A DNA stretch of 64,000 nt, from assembly GCA_022653695.1 (NCBI GenBank), contig JALCSW010000002.1:278605-342604 (forward strand), read 5' to 3'. The DNA is from Bacilli bacterium. Its GTDB lineage: Bacteria > Bacillota_I > Bacilli_A > RFN20 > CAG-826. This document shows positions 6,245 through 15,684 of this stretch, in pieces. Positions within the stretch are counted from its first letter, which is position 1, and each line of letters begins with the position of its first letter. Made by a program: the position numbers and the translations under genes. The notes beneath the pieces are model-generated. The model saw nothing but the letters and a program-made list of their open reading frames with translations, had not been told where the DNA came from and made no database searches.

Positions 6245-8371
6245 ATGACAATATCACTCATCATCGCCACTATTGGCGCCATTTGTGCCAGTCAGGTTCC
6301 GGCATCTCAAAATATAGGAAGCGCTTCTTACTTTAATAACAACCAGACTGATTTTGTAACGCCGTCCTTGGTTAGATCAACTGGCGAAGTTCCTAATCTT
6401 TCATCATCTCAGACCTATTCAACAGCATTGAACACTCAACTTGGTTCCGTTTCTCTTGATGGGCACACTCATGTAGAAAGCGCTTTGAATATTACCCCAT
6501 CGCTAGCGAGTAAGAATGACGATTACACGGTTTCCGTTTCTTCTTATTTGCCACCAGTCACGGTGCCAAATTCGACAATGTTACCATGTGGGTGTTTTCG
6601 CTTTGATGCATTTTCTCTCGCCAATGTGGTTATTACATTGAGCAGCAACGTTTCAAGCAAGCCATTCATGATGTATCTAGAAGGTTTTAGAACCCATCCG
6701 TATTACCAGGGGCAAAAAGCTACCACGCCTTTTGATATTTGCGTCGATGAAAACTCTACGCTTTCCAAACGCTTTGAAAGACAGTTATTTGCCGATTCGT
6801 ATTGTATTAAGATTGTGGGAACCTCAACTGAGGGATATGATGCTTCAAACGTTTTTGCCCTGACCGTTTCCGCCCAATACCTTCCGTCGCCCGACGTCAA
6901 GATTTCCGATCTTCGCTATTGCAAGGGGGCTAAAGCGGCATTAGTAGCGGCCGATTATCTTCCTGGTGGAATTCAGCCTTTTTCGACAATAAAAGAAGAA
7001 GAACTTGGGTTTGGCAGACCCGATGCTGCACTAAATTTACAGCAGGATCCGTTTCCTCGCCTGATGAACGAGTTTGCTGACAACGGTGATATCCCATTCG
7101 CCACACTCTATGTATGGGATCCAGACGTTTTAAGTAGTGTTAGGACCATTATTTATAGCCTGTATTCGTCCTTGAATGACAATACGGACATCACCGGCGA
7201 ACAGGAACTTGAAGTGCAGATAAAGAAAAATGGTCAAATTGTTGATGATGTTTTTGACGCCGTATCTGGCGTGGGAAACATCGTGATCTCAATTGTCAGC
7301 CCAGAGTTTAATGTGATAACCGATGTTGTGCTGCCGATAGCTGAAAAATCGTTCGACAAACTAATCGACGTGGTTGTGGCTTATGTTACGCCACATATGA
7401 CTTTATCTAAAGCCAACCTTTTGATCGCTCTCGCTAGAATATGGCAAGCCTGCGATGATCTTTTGAAGATTCCGGGCGCTACGGAATTTGCGTCTCTAAA
7501 ATTGCCACTTACGTATCGTTTTAGCGAAAAAATGATACATTTGATTCCTCATTATTATGTATCATTCGGGGGATTGATTAACCTTGCTGCTTTAGCAAAT
7601 AACGATATCGTTACCACTGAAGATGACATTCCGTGTTCTTTCCAAGCCAGTCTTTGCAACCACCATGTTTATTGTTTTACCGACGATGACGCATTTCCTT
7701 TAGCGTCTTTTGACACTCTTTCGCAAAACAAAACTGATATTAATTCATTTGGCGCGCCAAGCATAATCAATCAGGGCGTTCCATTTAACATTGAAATAGA
7801 ACATGTTGGCCAGTATATTTGGGCCTCATTTACAGCCCCTGCAACGAGCGTATATACGATTGCTTGCAACGCCACCGCTTATCATTCAGAAACCGTTGCC
7901 TCGTGCCCTGATTTCGATGTCTTTCGCGACGTAGTCCCAGGGCACTCTGAAAATGGATTGGTTTTTACGCACCACCTCTCGTCACCGCTTAGAGGGGGCG
8001 ACGGCGTTCCAAGCGCCATTTATGTTGGATACTTCGACATTAAGCTCGCTCAAGGAGAAACGGTTTATTTGAGAGTGTCCGGACACAACTGGGGCGATTT
8101 GCCATATGTTCCTTCCATCGTGATCTCCCCATTTGTCCCTTCGGCGAGTCGACCGACGCCCTACAATCACCACCACCATTATATTTACGGCTGCCAATAT
8201 AATTCTCCGACAAGCCATAAAAAGTTATGCTGGTGCGGGGCCTATGAACTCGAGCCGCATGTTTTTGACGGATCGCCATGGATTTCTCACGGCCACACAT
8301 ATTGTCATTGCAGTATTTGCAACCACGATATCGATATTGGCGCTGGCGGCGGAGGGTTTGTTCAGTGCTAA
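6245..8371 (+). CDS. secreted protein with two PPC-like beta-sandwich modules and a C-terminal His/Cys-rich tail
   Basis: N-terminal hydrophobic signal-like segment (MTISLIIATIGAICA). Two segments look like pre-peptidase C-terminal (PPC) domains. The tail reads NHHHHYIYGC...CWCG...CHCSICNH...VQC. The gene is visibly AT-richer than its neighbours. Confidence 0.7.
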   Translation: MTISLIIATIGAICASQVPASQNIGSASYFNNNQTDFVTPSLVRSTGEVPNLSSSQTYSTALNTQLGSVSLDGHTHVESALNITPSLASKNDDYTVSVSSYLPPVTVPNSTMLPCGCFRFDAFSLANVVITLSSNVSSKPFMMYLEGFRTHPYYQGQKATTPFDICVDENSTLSKRFERQLFADSYCIKIVGTSTEGYDASNVFALTVSAQYLPSPDVKISDLRYCKGAKAALVAADYLPGGIQPFSTIKEEELGFGRPDAALNLQQDPFPRLMNEFADNGDIPFATLYVWDPDVLSSVRTIIYSLYSSLNDNTDITGEQELEVQIKKNGQIVDDVFDAVSGVGNIVISIVSPEFNVITDVVLPIAEKSFDKLIDVVVAYVTPHMTLSKANLLIALARIWQACDDLLKIPGATEFASLKLPLTYRFSEKMIHLIPHYYVSFGGLINLAALANNDIVTTEDDIPCSFQASLCNHHVYCFTDDDAFPLASFDTLSQNKTDINSFGAPSIINQGVPFNIEIEHVGQYIWASFTAPATSVYTIACNATAYHSETVASCPDFDVFRDVVPGHSENGLVFTHHLSSPLRGGDGVPSAIYVGYFDIKLAQGETVYLRVSGHNWGDLPYVPSIVISPFVPSASRPTPYNHHHHYIYGCQYNSPTSHKKLCWCGAYELEPHVFDGSPWISHGHTYCHCSICNHDIDIGAGGGGFVQC

Positions 8372-8636
8372 CGGCTTTTATGCTGTTTGTTCTGGATACG
8401 TTGGTTAAACGCCGACAGGCATCGTGGCCATTCGGGCGCCTTTCTTGCGTCATCCCGTGATGGTCATCCTTTGTAATTGCGCTCATGAATTAAGCCGCCA
8501 AGGCAAAGCCAACAAGCAGGAACGCCATAGAGAAAAGGCAATCCGCGCTTATTAATCGCAACGTTTTTTGACATTGTACGAACGGCGGCGCGTTTCTCGC
8601 CTCGCCCGCGCGGAGCGAGTGGTTTATACTTTGTCT

Positions 8637-11600
8637 ATGAGCTTTGTGCCGTTACGGCTTCACAGTGGTTTCTCTTACCTTGAGAGCGGGCTTCGCTTGG
8701 AACGGATCCCCGTTTTGGCGAGCAAGCGCGGCTATCTTTCCGTCGGCCTTTGCGATAAAGGCACCATGAACGGCTACGCCCCGTTCTTCCATCTGTGCCA
8801 GAAGGGCAATCTCAAGCCGATTTTCGGTTTCGACGCCACGGTGGCCGAAGGCCTCTATTCCTTGTACGTCAAAAGTGAGGAGGGCTATCGCGACCTGTGC
8901 GGAATCGCCCTTTTGGCAAGCGAAGGCAAGCTAACCCTCGACGAGTTGCGAAAACGCTCCCAGAACCTTTTGCTCGTCTATTCCTGCGACAACGCGCTTT
9001 TTCGCGAATCCTACCTTAGCAAGGACGAGGGCCTCGCCGAAAAGCTCGCCGCGCGCCTTGAAGGCTTCCCTGAGGTTTATCTGGGTCTTCCCTACCACCC
9101 CGGCGATAAGGATTTCCTCGCCTTTTGCCGCGCTTTCGCGGAAAGCCACTCCTATGATCTCGTCGCCTTCCCGGAGATCAGTTACGAAAAGGAGACCGAC
9201 GCGATCGTCCTTAAGATCATGAAAGCCATCCGTGACCACGAAACGTTGAGCGAGAAAGAGATGAAAGGCGATGGGTGGTTCCTCGACGAGGCGACGGCGG
9301 AGGCCTTTTTCTCGCCTCGGGAAATCGCCCTCACGGGTGAAATAGCCGCCAAGGCCTCTTCTTTTTCCTACCTCCGGAAGCGGGGCGGGCTCCTCCGCTA
9401 CGAGAACGAGGAAGGTCTTTCGAGTTCGGCGTATCTCCGCAAACTGGCTCTGAGCGGGCTCAGGAAACGCCAGGGCGACCCGGTCCCCAAAGCTTACCTT
9501 GAGCGCCTCGATTACGAACTGGGCGTCATCGACAAAATGGGCTACAGCGACTATTTCCTCATCGTCGGCGATTACGTGAACTACGCCAAAACGCATGGCA
9601 TCTCAGTCGGGCCGGGACGAGGCTCGGGCGCCGGGTCTTTGGTTTCCTATTCCCTCGGCATCGTCACCCCCGACCCCATCGAGCGCGGTTTGCTCTTCGA
9701 GCGCTTTCTGAACCCGGAGCGGCAGAGCATGCCGGATATCGACGTCGATTTCAGCGACGTCCACCGCGAGGAGGTCGTCCTTTACCTGCAACGGAAATAC
9801 GGCCGCGAAAGAGTGGGCCATGTCCTCACCACCCAAACCATCGGGGCCAAGGAGTCGCTACGCGACATCGGGCGCGTCTATGGCTACGAAGAGCGTGAGA
9901 TCTCCCTCATCGCAAGCGCCATCGCGGACGACAAATTGTCGCTCCGCGACGACTACCGTCGCTCGCCGCGCTTCCGCAAGCTGGTCGACGAGGACAAGTA
10001 TTACCTTGGCATCGTGGCCTTGGCCGCCAAGATCGAGGGGTTGCCTCGCCAAATGGGCCTTCACGCCGCCGGCATCGTCCTCAACGACGACCCCCTCCCC
10101 GCCGCATTGCCGGTTTTCGATCAGGTGGACGGAGTCGGCTACGTCGCCTGCCTCGAACGCGATTACCTCGAGGAGCAAGGCTTTCTCAAGATGGATTTGC
10201 TTGGCTTAAGGAACCTCTCGATCGTCGACAGTTGCCTTTCTCTCATAAAAGAGGACGGGGGTCCATCCATCAAGAGCGACGAGATCCCCTACGAGGACAA
10301 AGACGCGATCGCCCTTATCCGAGCCAACAAAACCATGGGGCTCTTCCAGCTCGAAAGCCCAGGCATCAGGCGCGCCCTCAAGGAAATCGACCCCACATCG
10401 TTCGAGGACGTCGCGGCGTTGCTCGCCCTTTTCCGCCCGGGTCCGATGGCTTCCATCCCCAGTTACGCCAAACGTAAGAAAGGCCTGGAAAAAATCGACT
10501 ATCCGGCCCCTGAGCTCGAGCCGATCCTGAAAAGCACCTATGGCATCATCGTCTATCAGGAGCAGATCATGCAGATCGTGCGCGTCATGGCAGGCTTCAG
10601 CTACGGGCAGGCCGACTTGTTCCGCCGCGCCATCTCGAAGAAGGACGCGGGCAAACTGGCCGCCCTCAAAGGCGACTTCCTCGCCGGTTGCCAAAAAGAG
10701 GGCAAGGACCCCATCCTCGCTAAGCGGGTTTATGACCTCATCTACAAATTCGCCGATTACGGCTTCAACCGAAGCCATGCCGTCTCCTATGCCGTTCTGA
10801 CCTGCCAAATGGCTTATCTCAAGAGCCATTTCCCAAAGGAATTCTATTGCGCCTATCTCGATTTCCTGAGTTCTTCCGACGCCAAGTTCAAGGACACCGT
10901 CGGCGAGGCCAAGGACCTCGGCATTGGTCTATCGTGCCCTTCCCTCAATCGAAGCGGGGTTGGCTTTCGGGTCGACGGCGGCAAACTGATTTTCCCGCTG
11001 TCGTCGATCAAAGGCCTCCAAAGCGGACTCGTGAACGCGCTTCTCGACGAGAGGGCGGCCCATGGGGAATACCAGGATCTTTTCGACTTCGCCGCCCGGG
11101 GCAAGGCGGCGGGGCTCAACCTTCAAACCCTGATCCGCCTGATCGACGCCGGGGCCCTCGACGGCTTCGGACTCAACCGGCCGACTTTGCGCGGCAACGC
11201 CCCCGCCGCCATGACCTATGCCGAGATGATGGTGGGCAGCGACGGCAAGCAAGTCCTTTTGGAAGGGCTTGGAATCGAGAAACCGGCCATTCGGCCTTTC
11301 CAGGAAAACAAACGCGAGGACCTCGACGCCGAATACGCTGCCCTCGGGATGATGGTCTCGGGCTCGCCCCTATCTTTCTACAAGTCCGAGATCGAGAGGG
11401 AAGGCTGCGTTCCCCTAGGGAAAATCGGGGAGCGGGAAGGTCTGTTCAAGACCGTCGGCATCGTGAAGGAAATGCGCGCCATCGTGACGAGGAAAGGGAC
11501 CCAAATGGCGTTCCTCGAGCTCTATGACGAGACGAGCGAAGCCAGTTTCGTCCTCTTCAGCGAAGCCTACGCCAAATGCTTCGCGCAGATCGAAGAGGAC

Positions 11601-11684
11601 AAAATCGTCATCGTGACGGCCCGTCGCGACACGCGGAGAAAAGACGCTTTCTTAGTCGAGGACGCCCAAAGGTTGGAGGATTAG
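8637..11684 (+). CDS. dnaE: DNA polymerase III alpha subunit (DnaE type)
   Basis: MSFVPLRLHSGFSYLESG is a PHP-domain N-terminus. Family-typical motifs follow (PDIDVDF, GLPRQMGLHAAG, FNRSHAVSYA). The TTG-started extension from 8568 was rejected. Confidence 0.95.
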   Translation: MSFVPLRLHSGFSYLESGLRLERIPVLASKRGYLSVGLCDKGTMNGYAPFFHLCQKGNLKPIFGFDATVAEGLYSLYVKSEEGYRDLCGIALLASEGKLTLDELRKRSQNLLLVYSCDNALFRESYLSKDEGLAEKLAARLEGFPEVYLGLPYHPGDKDFLAFCRAFAESHSYDLVAFPEISYEKETDAIVLKIMKAIRDHETLSEKEMKGDGWFLDEATAEAFFSPREIALTGEIAAKASSFSYLRKRGGLLRYENEEGLSSSAYLRKLALSGLRKRQGDPVPKAYLERLDYELGVIDKMGYSDYFLIVGDYVNYAKTHGISVGPGRGSGAGSLVSYSLGIVTPDPIERGLLFERFLNPERQSMPDIDVDFSDVHREEVVLYLQRKYGRERVGHVLTTQTIGAKESLRDIGRVYGYEEREISLIASAIADDKLSLRDDYRRSPRFRKLVDEDKYYLGIVALAAKIEGLPRQMGLHAAGIVLNDDPLPAALPVFDQVDGVGYVACLERDYLEEQGFLKMDLLGLRNLSIVDSCLSLIKEDGGPSIKSDEIPYEDKDAIALIRANKTMGLFQLESPGIRRALKEIDPTSFEDVAALLALFRPGPMASIPSYAKRKKGLEKIDYPAPELEPILKSTYGIIVYQEQIMQIVRVMAGFSYGQADLFRRAISKKDAGKLAALKGDFLAGCQKEGKDPILAKRVYDLIYKFADYGFNRSHAVSYAVLTCQMAYLKSHFPKEFYCAYLDFLSSSDAKFKDTVGEAKDLGIGLSCPSLNRSGVGFRVDGGKLIFPLSSIKGLQSGLVNALLDERAAHGEYQDLFDFAARGKAAGLNLQTLIRLIDAGALDGFGLNRPTLRGNAPAAMTYAEMMVGSDGKQVLLEGLGIEKPAIRPFQENKREDLDAEYAALGMMVSGSPLSFYKSEIEREGCVPLGKIGEREGLFKTVGIVKEMRAIVTRKGTQMAFLELYDETSEASFVLFSEAYAKCFAQIEEDKIVIVTARRDTRRKDAFLVEDAQRLED

Positions 11685-11687
11685 CCC

Positions 11688-14291
11688 ATGCCGAAGAAAA
11701 TCTACGTTATTGACGGAAACAGCCTGCTTTTCCGCGCTTATTACGCGACGGCTTACGGCGACAGGAACGCCATCATGCGCACCAAATCCGGCTTGCCCAC
11801 GAACGCCATCTTCGCTTTCGCCAACATGCTCGCCAAAATCCTGCAGGGCTTCAAAGGCGGCGAATCCATCTTCATCGGCTTCGACAGCGACAAAGAGACC
11901 TTCCGCAAAGCCGAATTCAGCGACTACAAGGCCAACCGCGCCCCCTGCCCCGAGGACCTCAAGCCCCAGTTTCCGCTTTCGCGCGAGCTGTGCGCAGCCC
12001 TTGGCATCGTCTATTACGAGGAGCACGGCATCGAGGCCGACGACATCTGCGGCACGGTGGCCAAGGAAGCCGCCCGCGAAGGCTACGATGTCATCGTTTA
12101 CACGAGCGACCGCGACTATCTTCAGCTCATCGAGCCCTCCATCAAAATTTCCTTGCTCAAGGTCGGGCTCTCGAACATGGAGGTCATGGACGAGGCGTCC
12201 ATGATGGCCAAATACGGCCTTAAGCCGCTCCAGATCATCGATTACAAAGGGCTACGCGGCGACGCGAGCGACAACCTCCCCGGCATCCCCGGGGTCGGCG
12301 ACAAGACCGCGACCAAACTCATCCAGCAATACGGCTCCTTCGACGCCATCATGGCGGACAAGGACAACATCAAGGGCAAACTCGGCGAGAATATCCGGAC
12401 CTATGAGGCCCAAGGCCGCGAATGCTATAAGCTCGCGACGATGAAGCTCGACGTGAAGCTTCCCTTCTCGGTCAAGGATCTGGCCTATAAGGGCTACGAC
12501 TTCAAATCCGTCAACGACTTCGCGCAGAAGTACGAGCTCCGCCAGTTCCTTTCCCGCCTGCCTTCCTCCCTCAAGAAGGGGGTGGCCGAGGCCCTTCCCG
12601 AAATGAGGAAGGTCTCTTCCTATCCCTTCGCGTCCGCCAAAGGGCCTTTGGGGCTCGCCCTCGACGTCGATTTCTCGAGTTACCACGAGGAAGGTTTCGA
12701 GGGCCTCGCCGTCTACGATGGGCAAAACCTCGTCTACGAAACCCGCGAGGACCTCGTTAAAGACGCGGGGCTTCAGGGAATCCTCGCGGATCCCTCCGTC
12801 GCTAAATCCGTCTATGACGGCAAGGCCACCATCTATTCCTTGGCCAAGGAAAACGTCACGGTCGCGGGCATAAGCGACGACTTGCTGCTCGCGGGCTACC
12901 TTCTCGACAGCGGCGTCTCGAGCGATCCCGCCCTCGTCTACAGCGCGTTCGGGGTCGACGTCGAGGTCCCCGACGAGGAGGGTTTTTCCCTCTTTGAGAC
13001 GGCCCATCCCCTAAGGACCGCCAAAATGGCCTACTACGCCTATGCCTTGCGGGGCAAGGCCGAGGGCAGCCTCCGGTCCGTCGACGCCTACAAGCTTTAT
13101 CGAGAGGTCGAAATGCCCCTCATGGAAACGCTCGCGGCCATGGAGTTGGAGGGCTTCCCGCTCAACAAAGGGGAACTGGTCGCCTATGGCAAACTCTTCA
13201 AGGCCAAGAAAGAGGCCGCCCAAAAGGACGTCTACGCCCTCGCGGGCGAGGAATTCAACCTCAATTCCCCGAAGCAGATCGCCGAGATCCTTTACGTGAA
13301 GATGGGGCTGAAGGGGCCCGCCAGCAAGAGCACTTCGGTCGCCGACCTCAAGGCCATCGAAAAGGAAAGCCCCATCGTCGCGAAGATCCTCGAATACCGC
13401 AAGTACGCCAAACTGATGGGCACCTACATCGACGGATTGGCCCCGCACATCCAAAGCGATGGCAAAATCCACTCCTACTTCAATCAGGCCCAAACCTCGA
13501 CAGGTCGCCTTTCCTCAAGTTCGCCGAACCTTCAGAACATCAGCGTCCGGGACGAGGAGGGCAAGCAAATACGGCACGCTTTCCATTACGAGGACGAGGG
13601 GACCTACCTTATGTCGCTCGACTATGGGCAAATCGAGCTCCGCCTTTTGGCGGCCCTAAGCGGCTGCAAGGCCTACGAGGAGGTTTTCGAAAGCGACCGC
13701 GACGTCCATAGCGAGACGGCCCGCCGCATTTTCCACACCGACAAAGTCACTCCGCTCATGAGGCGGCGCGCCAAAGCCGTCAACTTCGCCATCATCTACG
13801 GCACGACGGTCTATGGGCTCGCCGATCAGATCGACGGCACCCCCAAAGAGGCTTCCGAGATCATCAAGAACTTCTACCTCGCTTACCCCGAGGTCGGGGA
13901 TTTCCTGCGGAAAACGATCCACGACGCCGAAACGAAAGGCTACGTCACCACGATGTTCGGGCGCCGCCGCTACCTCCGCGACGTCAACGACCCCAATTAC
14001 GCCAAGCGCGAGGCCGCCCGACGGGCCGCCCTCAACGCCCCCGTCCAGGGCAGCGCCGCCGACCTCATCAAGATCGCGATGGTCAAGATAAGCAAATTCC
14101 TTGCAGACGGCCGCCATAAGACCAAAATGGTCTTGCAAATCCACGACGAGCTCATCTTCGCCGGCCCGCTTGAGGAACTCAAAAACCTCCAAGGGCCCAT
14201 CGGCGACATCATGACGCATGCCATCGATCTGCCCGTCAAACTGACCGTCGAATGCGGAATCGGCAAGACGTGGTTCGACGCCAAGGACTGA
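11688..14291 (+). CDS. polA: DNA polymerase I
   Basis: 5'-nuclease N-terminus (VIDGNSLLFRAYYA) and polymerase motifs (DYGQIELRLLA, QIHDELIF). GGAGG SD. Confidence 0.97.
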   Translation: MPKKIYVIDGNSLLFRAYYATAYGDRNAIMRTKSGLPTNAIFAFANMLAKILQGFKGGESIFIGFDSDKETFRKAEFSDYKANRAPCPEDLKPQFPLSRELCAALGIVYYEEHGIEADDICGTVAKEAAREGYDVIVYTSDRDYLQLIEPSIKISLLKVGLSNMEVMDEASMMAKYGLKPLQIIDYKGLRGDASDNLPGIPGVGDKTATKLIQQYGSFDAIMADKDNIKGKLGENIRTYEAQGRECYKLATMKLDVKLPFSVKDLAYKGYDFKSVNDFAQKYELRQFLSRLPSSLKKGVAEALPEMRKVSSYPFASAKGPLGLALDVDFSSYHEEGFEGLAVYDGQNLVYETREDLVKDAGLQGILADPSVAKSVYDGKATIYSLAKENVTVAGISDDLLLAGYLLDSGVSSDPALVYSAFGVDVEVPDEEGFSLFETAHPLRTAKMAYYAYALRGKAEGSLRSVDAYKLYREVEMPLMETLAAMELEGFPLNKGELVAYGKLFKAKKEAAQKDVYALAGEEFNLNSPKQIAEILYVKMGLKGPASKSTSVADLKAIEKESPIVAKILEYRKYAKLMGTYIDGLAPHIQSDGKIHSYFNQAQTSTGRLSSSSPNLQNISVRDEEGKQIRHAFHYEDEGTYLMSLDYGQIELRLLAALSGCKAYEEVFESDRDVHSETARRIFHTDKVTPLMRRRAKAVNFAIIYGTTVYGLADQIDGTPKEASEIIKNFYLAYPEVGDFLRKTIHDAETKGYVTTMFGRRRYLRDVNDPNYAKREAARRAALNAPVQGSAADLIKIAMVKISKFLADGRHKTKMVLQIHDELIFAGPLEELKNLQGPIGDIMTHAIDLPVKLTVECGIGKTWFDAKD

Positions 14292-14295
14292 AAAC

Positions 14296-15684
14296 ATGCC
14301 AGAACTTCCGGAAGTCGAGACGATCAAGCGGACCCTTGAGCCGGTCCTTGTCGGGCGGAGTATCGCCTCCGTCCGCGTTTTCCGCGCGAAATCGGTCCTT
14401 ACCGGGGCCGAGGAATTCGTTTCCTCCCTCCCGGGGGAAAAGTTCCTGTCCGTAGAAAGGCGGGGAAAATTCCTCATCTTCCGCCTCACCCATAAGAAAG
14501 TCGTCATCAGCCACCTGCGGATGGAGGGCAAATACTACGTGGGGAAAGCCGCGGATCCGATAGGCAAGCATGACATCCTCTCCTACGACTTCGCCGACGG
14601 CGGCGACCTCCGGTTCCTCGACACGCGGAAGTTCGGCATCGTGATGCTGAGCGAGGAAGGCCGTTATTTGAAAGAGCCGCCGCTATCCGAGCTCGGGAAG
14701 GAACCATGGGAATTAAGCGCCCAAGAGCTTCTTGAAGGGCTGAGGCGCAAGCGGAAGGAGCCCATCAAAGAGGCCTTGCTCGACCAAAGGCTCATCGCGG
14801 GACTTGGCAACATTTACGATGACGAGGTCCTTTTCGCGAGCCGCCTCAACCCCAAGGCGGCCGCCTCTTCGATGAGCCTCGGACAGTGCCAAACCATCAA
14901 GGAAAACGCGGAGCGGATCCTCATGACGGCCATCGCCAACGGCGGCAGCACCGTGCGGAGCTACCACCCCAAGGAAGGCGTCTCGGGGCATATGCAGGAT
15001 CATCTTCTGGCTTATGGGCACGGCAACGAACCCTGCCCCCGATGCGGTTTCCCGCTCCGCAAAATCGTTATAGGCGGGCGCGGGACCGTCTATTGCCCGA
15101 TTTGCCAAGCAAGGCCCGGAGAGCCTCTTATCGTCGGCGTCACCGGTCCCGTCGCGAGCGGGAAGTCAGCCGTCTCTTCCTATCTCAGGGAAAAGGGATA
15201 CGAGACGATCGACGCCGACGCGATCGTGAGGGAGCTTTACGATTCCGGATCCTTGAACGAGGCCCTCGCCTCCGCCTTCGGAAGCGAGGCCATCAAAGGC
15301 GGGAAACCCAACCGCGCCTATCTTTCGCGCCTCGCCCAAGGCAAGGAAGCCAGGAAAAGGCTCGAGGGCCTCGTCCATCCCGTGGTTTATGAGGAAATCG
15401 AGAAGCGGATCGCGGCTTCGAAGGCGAAGCGGATTGCCCTCGACGTCCCGCTTCTGCTCGATGGGCCCTTGGAAGGCCTTTGCGACCTCATCGTCGCCGT
15501 CTTCGCCTCGCCAAAGACTCAAGAGGCCCGCCTCCGCGAACGCGGGAAAGACCCAAAGGCGGCCCTTGCGATAAACAAAGGGTGGCCCCGGGGCAAAGCC
15601 AGGAAAAAAGCCGGCCTCATCGTTGACGGGGACGGTTCTTTGGCGGATCTGCGGCGGCAATTGGACGCAGCGAAGTTCCTATAG
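14296..15684 (+). CDS. mutM: formamidopyrimidine-DNA glycosylase fused to dephospho-CoA kinase
   Basis: MPELPEVETIKR... through the zinc finger CPRCGFPL...YCPICQ, then linker ARPGEP, then a CoaE P-loop (IVGVTGPVASGKSAV), all in one uninterrupted 462-aa frame. Confidence 0.9.
   Translation: MPELPEVETIKRTLEPVLVGRSIASVRVFRAKSVLTGAEEFVSSLPGEKFLSVERRGKFLIFRLTHKKVVISHLRMEGKYYVGKAADPIGKHDILSYDFADGGDLRFLDTRKFGIVMLSEEGRYLKEPPLSELGKEPWELSAQELLEGLRRKRKEPIKEALLDQRLIAGLGNIYDDEVLFASRLNPKAAASSMSLGQCQTIKENAERILMTAIANGGSTVRSYHPKEGVSGHMQDHLLAYGHGNEPCPRCGFPLRKIVIGGRGTVYCPICQARPGEPLIVGVTGPVASGKSAVSSYLREKGYETIDADAIVRELYDSGSLNEALASAFGSEAIKGGKPNRAYLSRLAQGKEARKRLEGLVHPVVYEEIEKRIAASKAKRIALDVPLLLDGPLEGLCDLIVAVFASPKTQEARLRERGKDPKAALAINKGWPRGKARKKAGLIVDGDGSLADLRRQLDAAKFL

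Noticed and set aside
8040-8486. 148-aa ORF antisense to the Cys/His-rich tail of the 708-aa gene, and a 12-codon ORF (MAFLLVGFALAA) at about 8515..8553 on the minus strand.
   Set aside because: The product is basic with no hydrophobic core, SD or promoter. The tiny ORF has no SD. The length is somewhat surprising for AT-rich DNA but not enough to call a gene.
8568-8636. N-terminal extensions offered by the ORF track for dnaE (8568), thrS (24554), the lipoprotein (1348), trmB (53206), the membrane protein (56755), PI-PLC (57546), the 57209 ORF, pfkA (19081), the ABC ATPase (22485), coaX (55961) and the NAPRT-like gene (51907).
   Set aside because: The extensions are Arg/Pro-rich, overlap upstream genes or RNA leaders, and lack an SD. 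Internal starts have an SD or promoter and match conserved protein N-termini.
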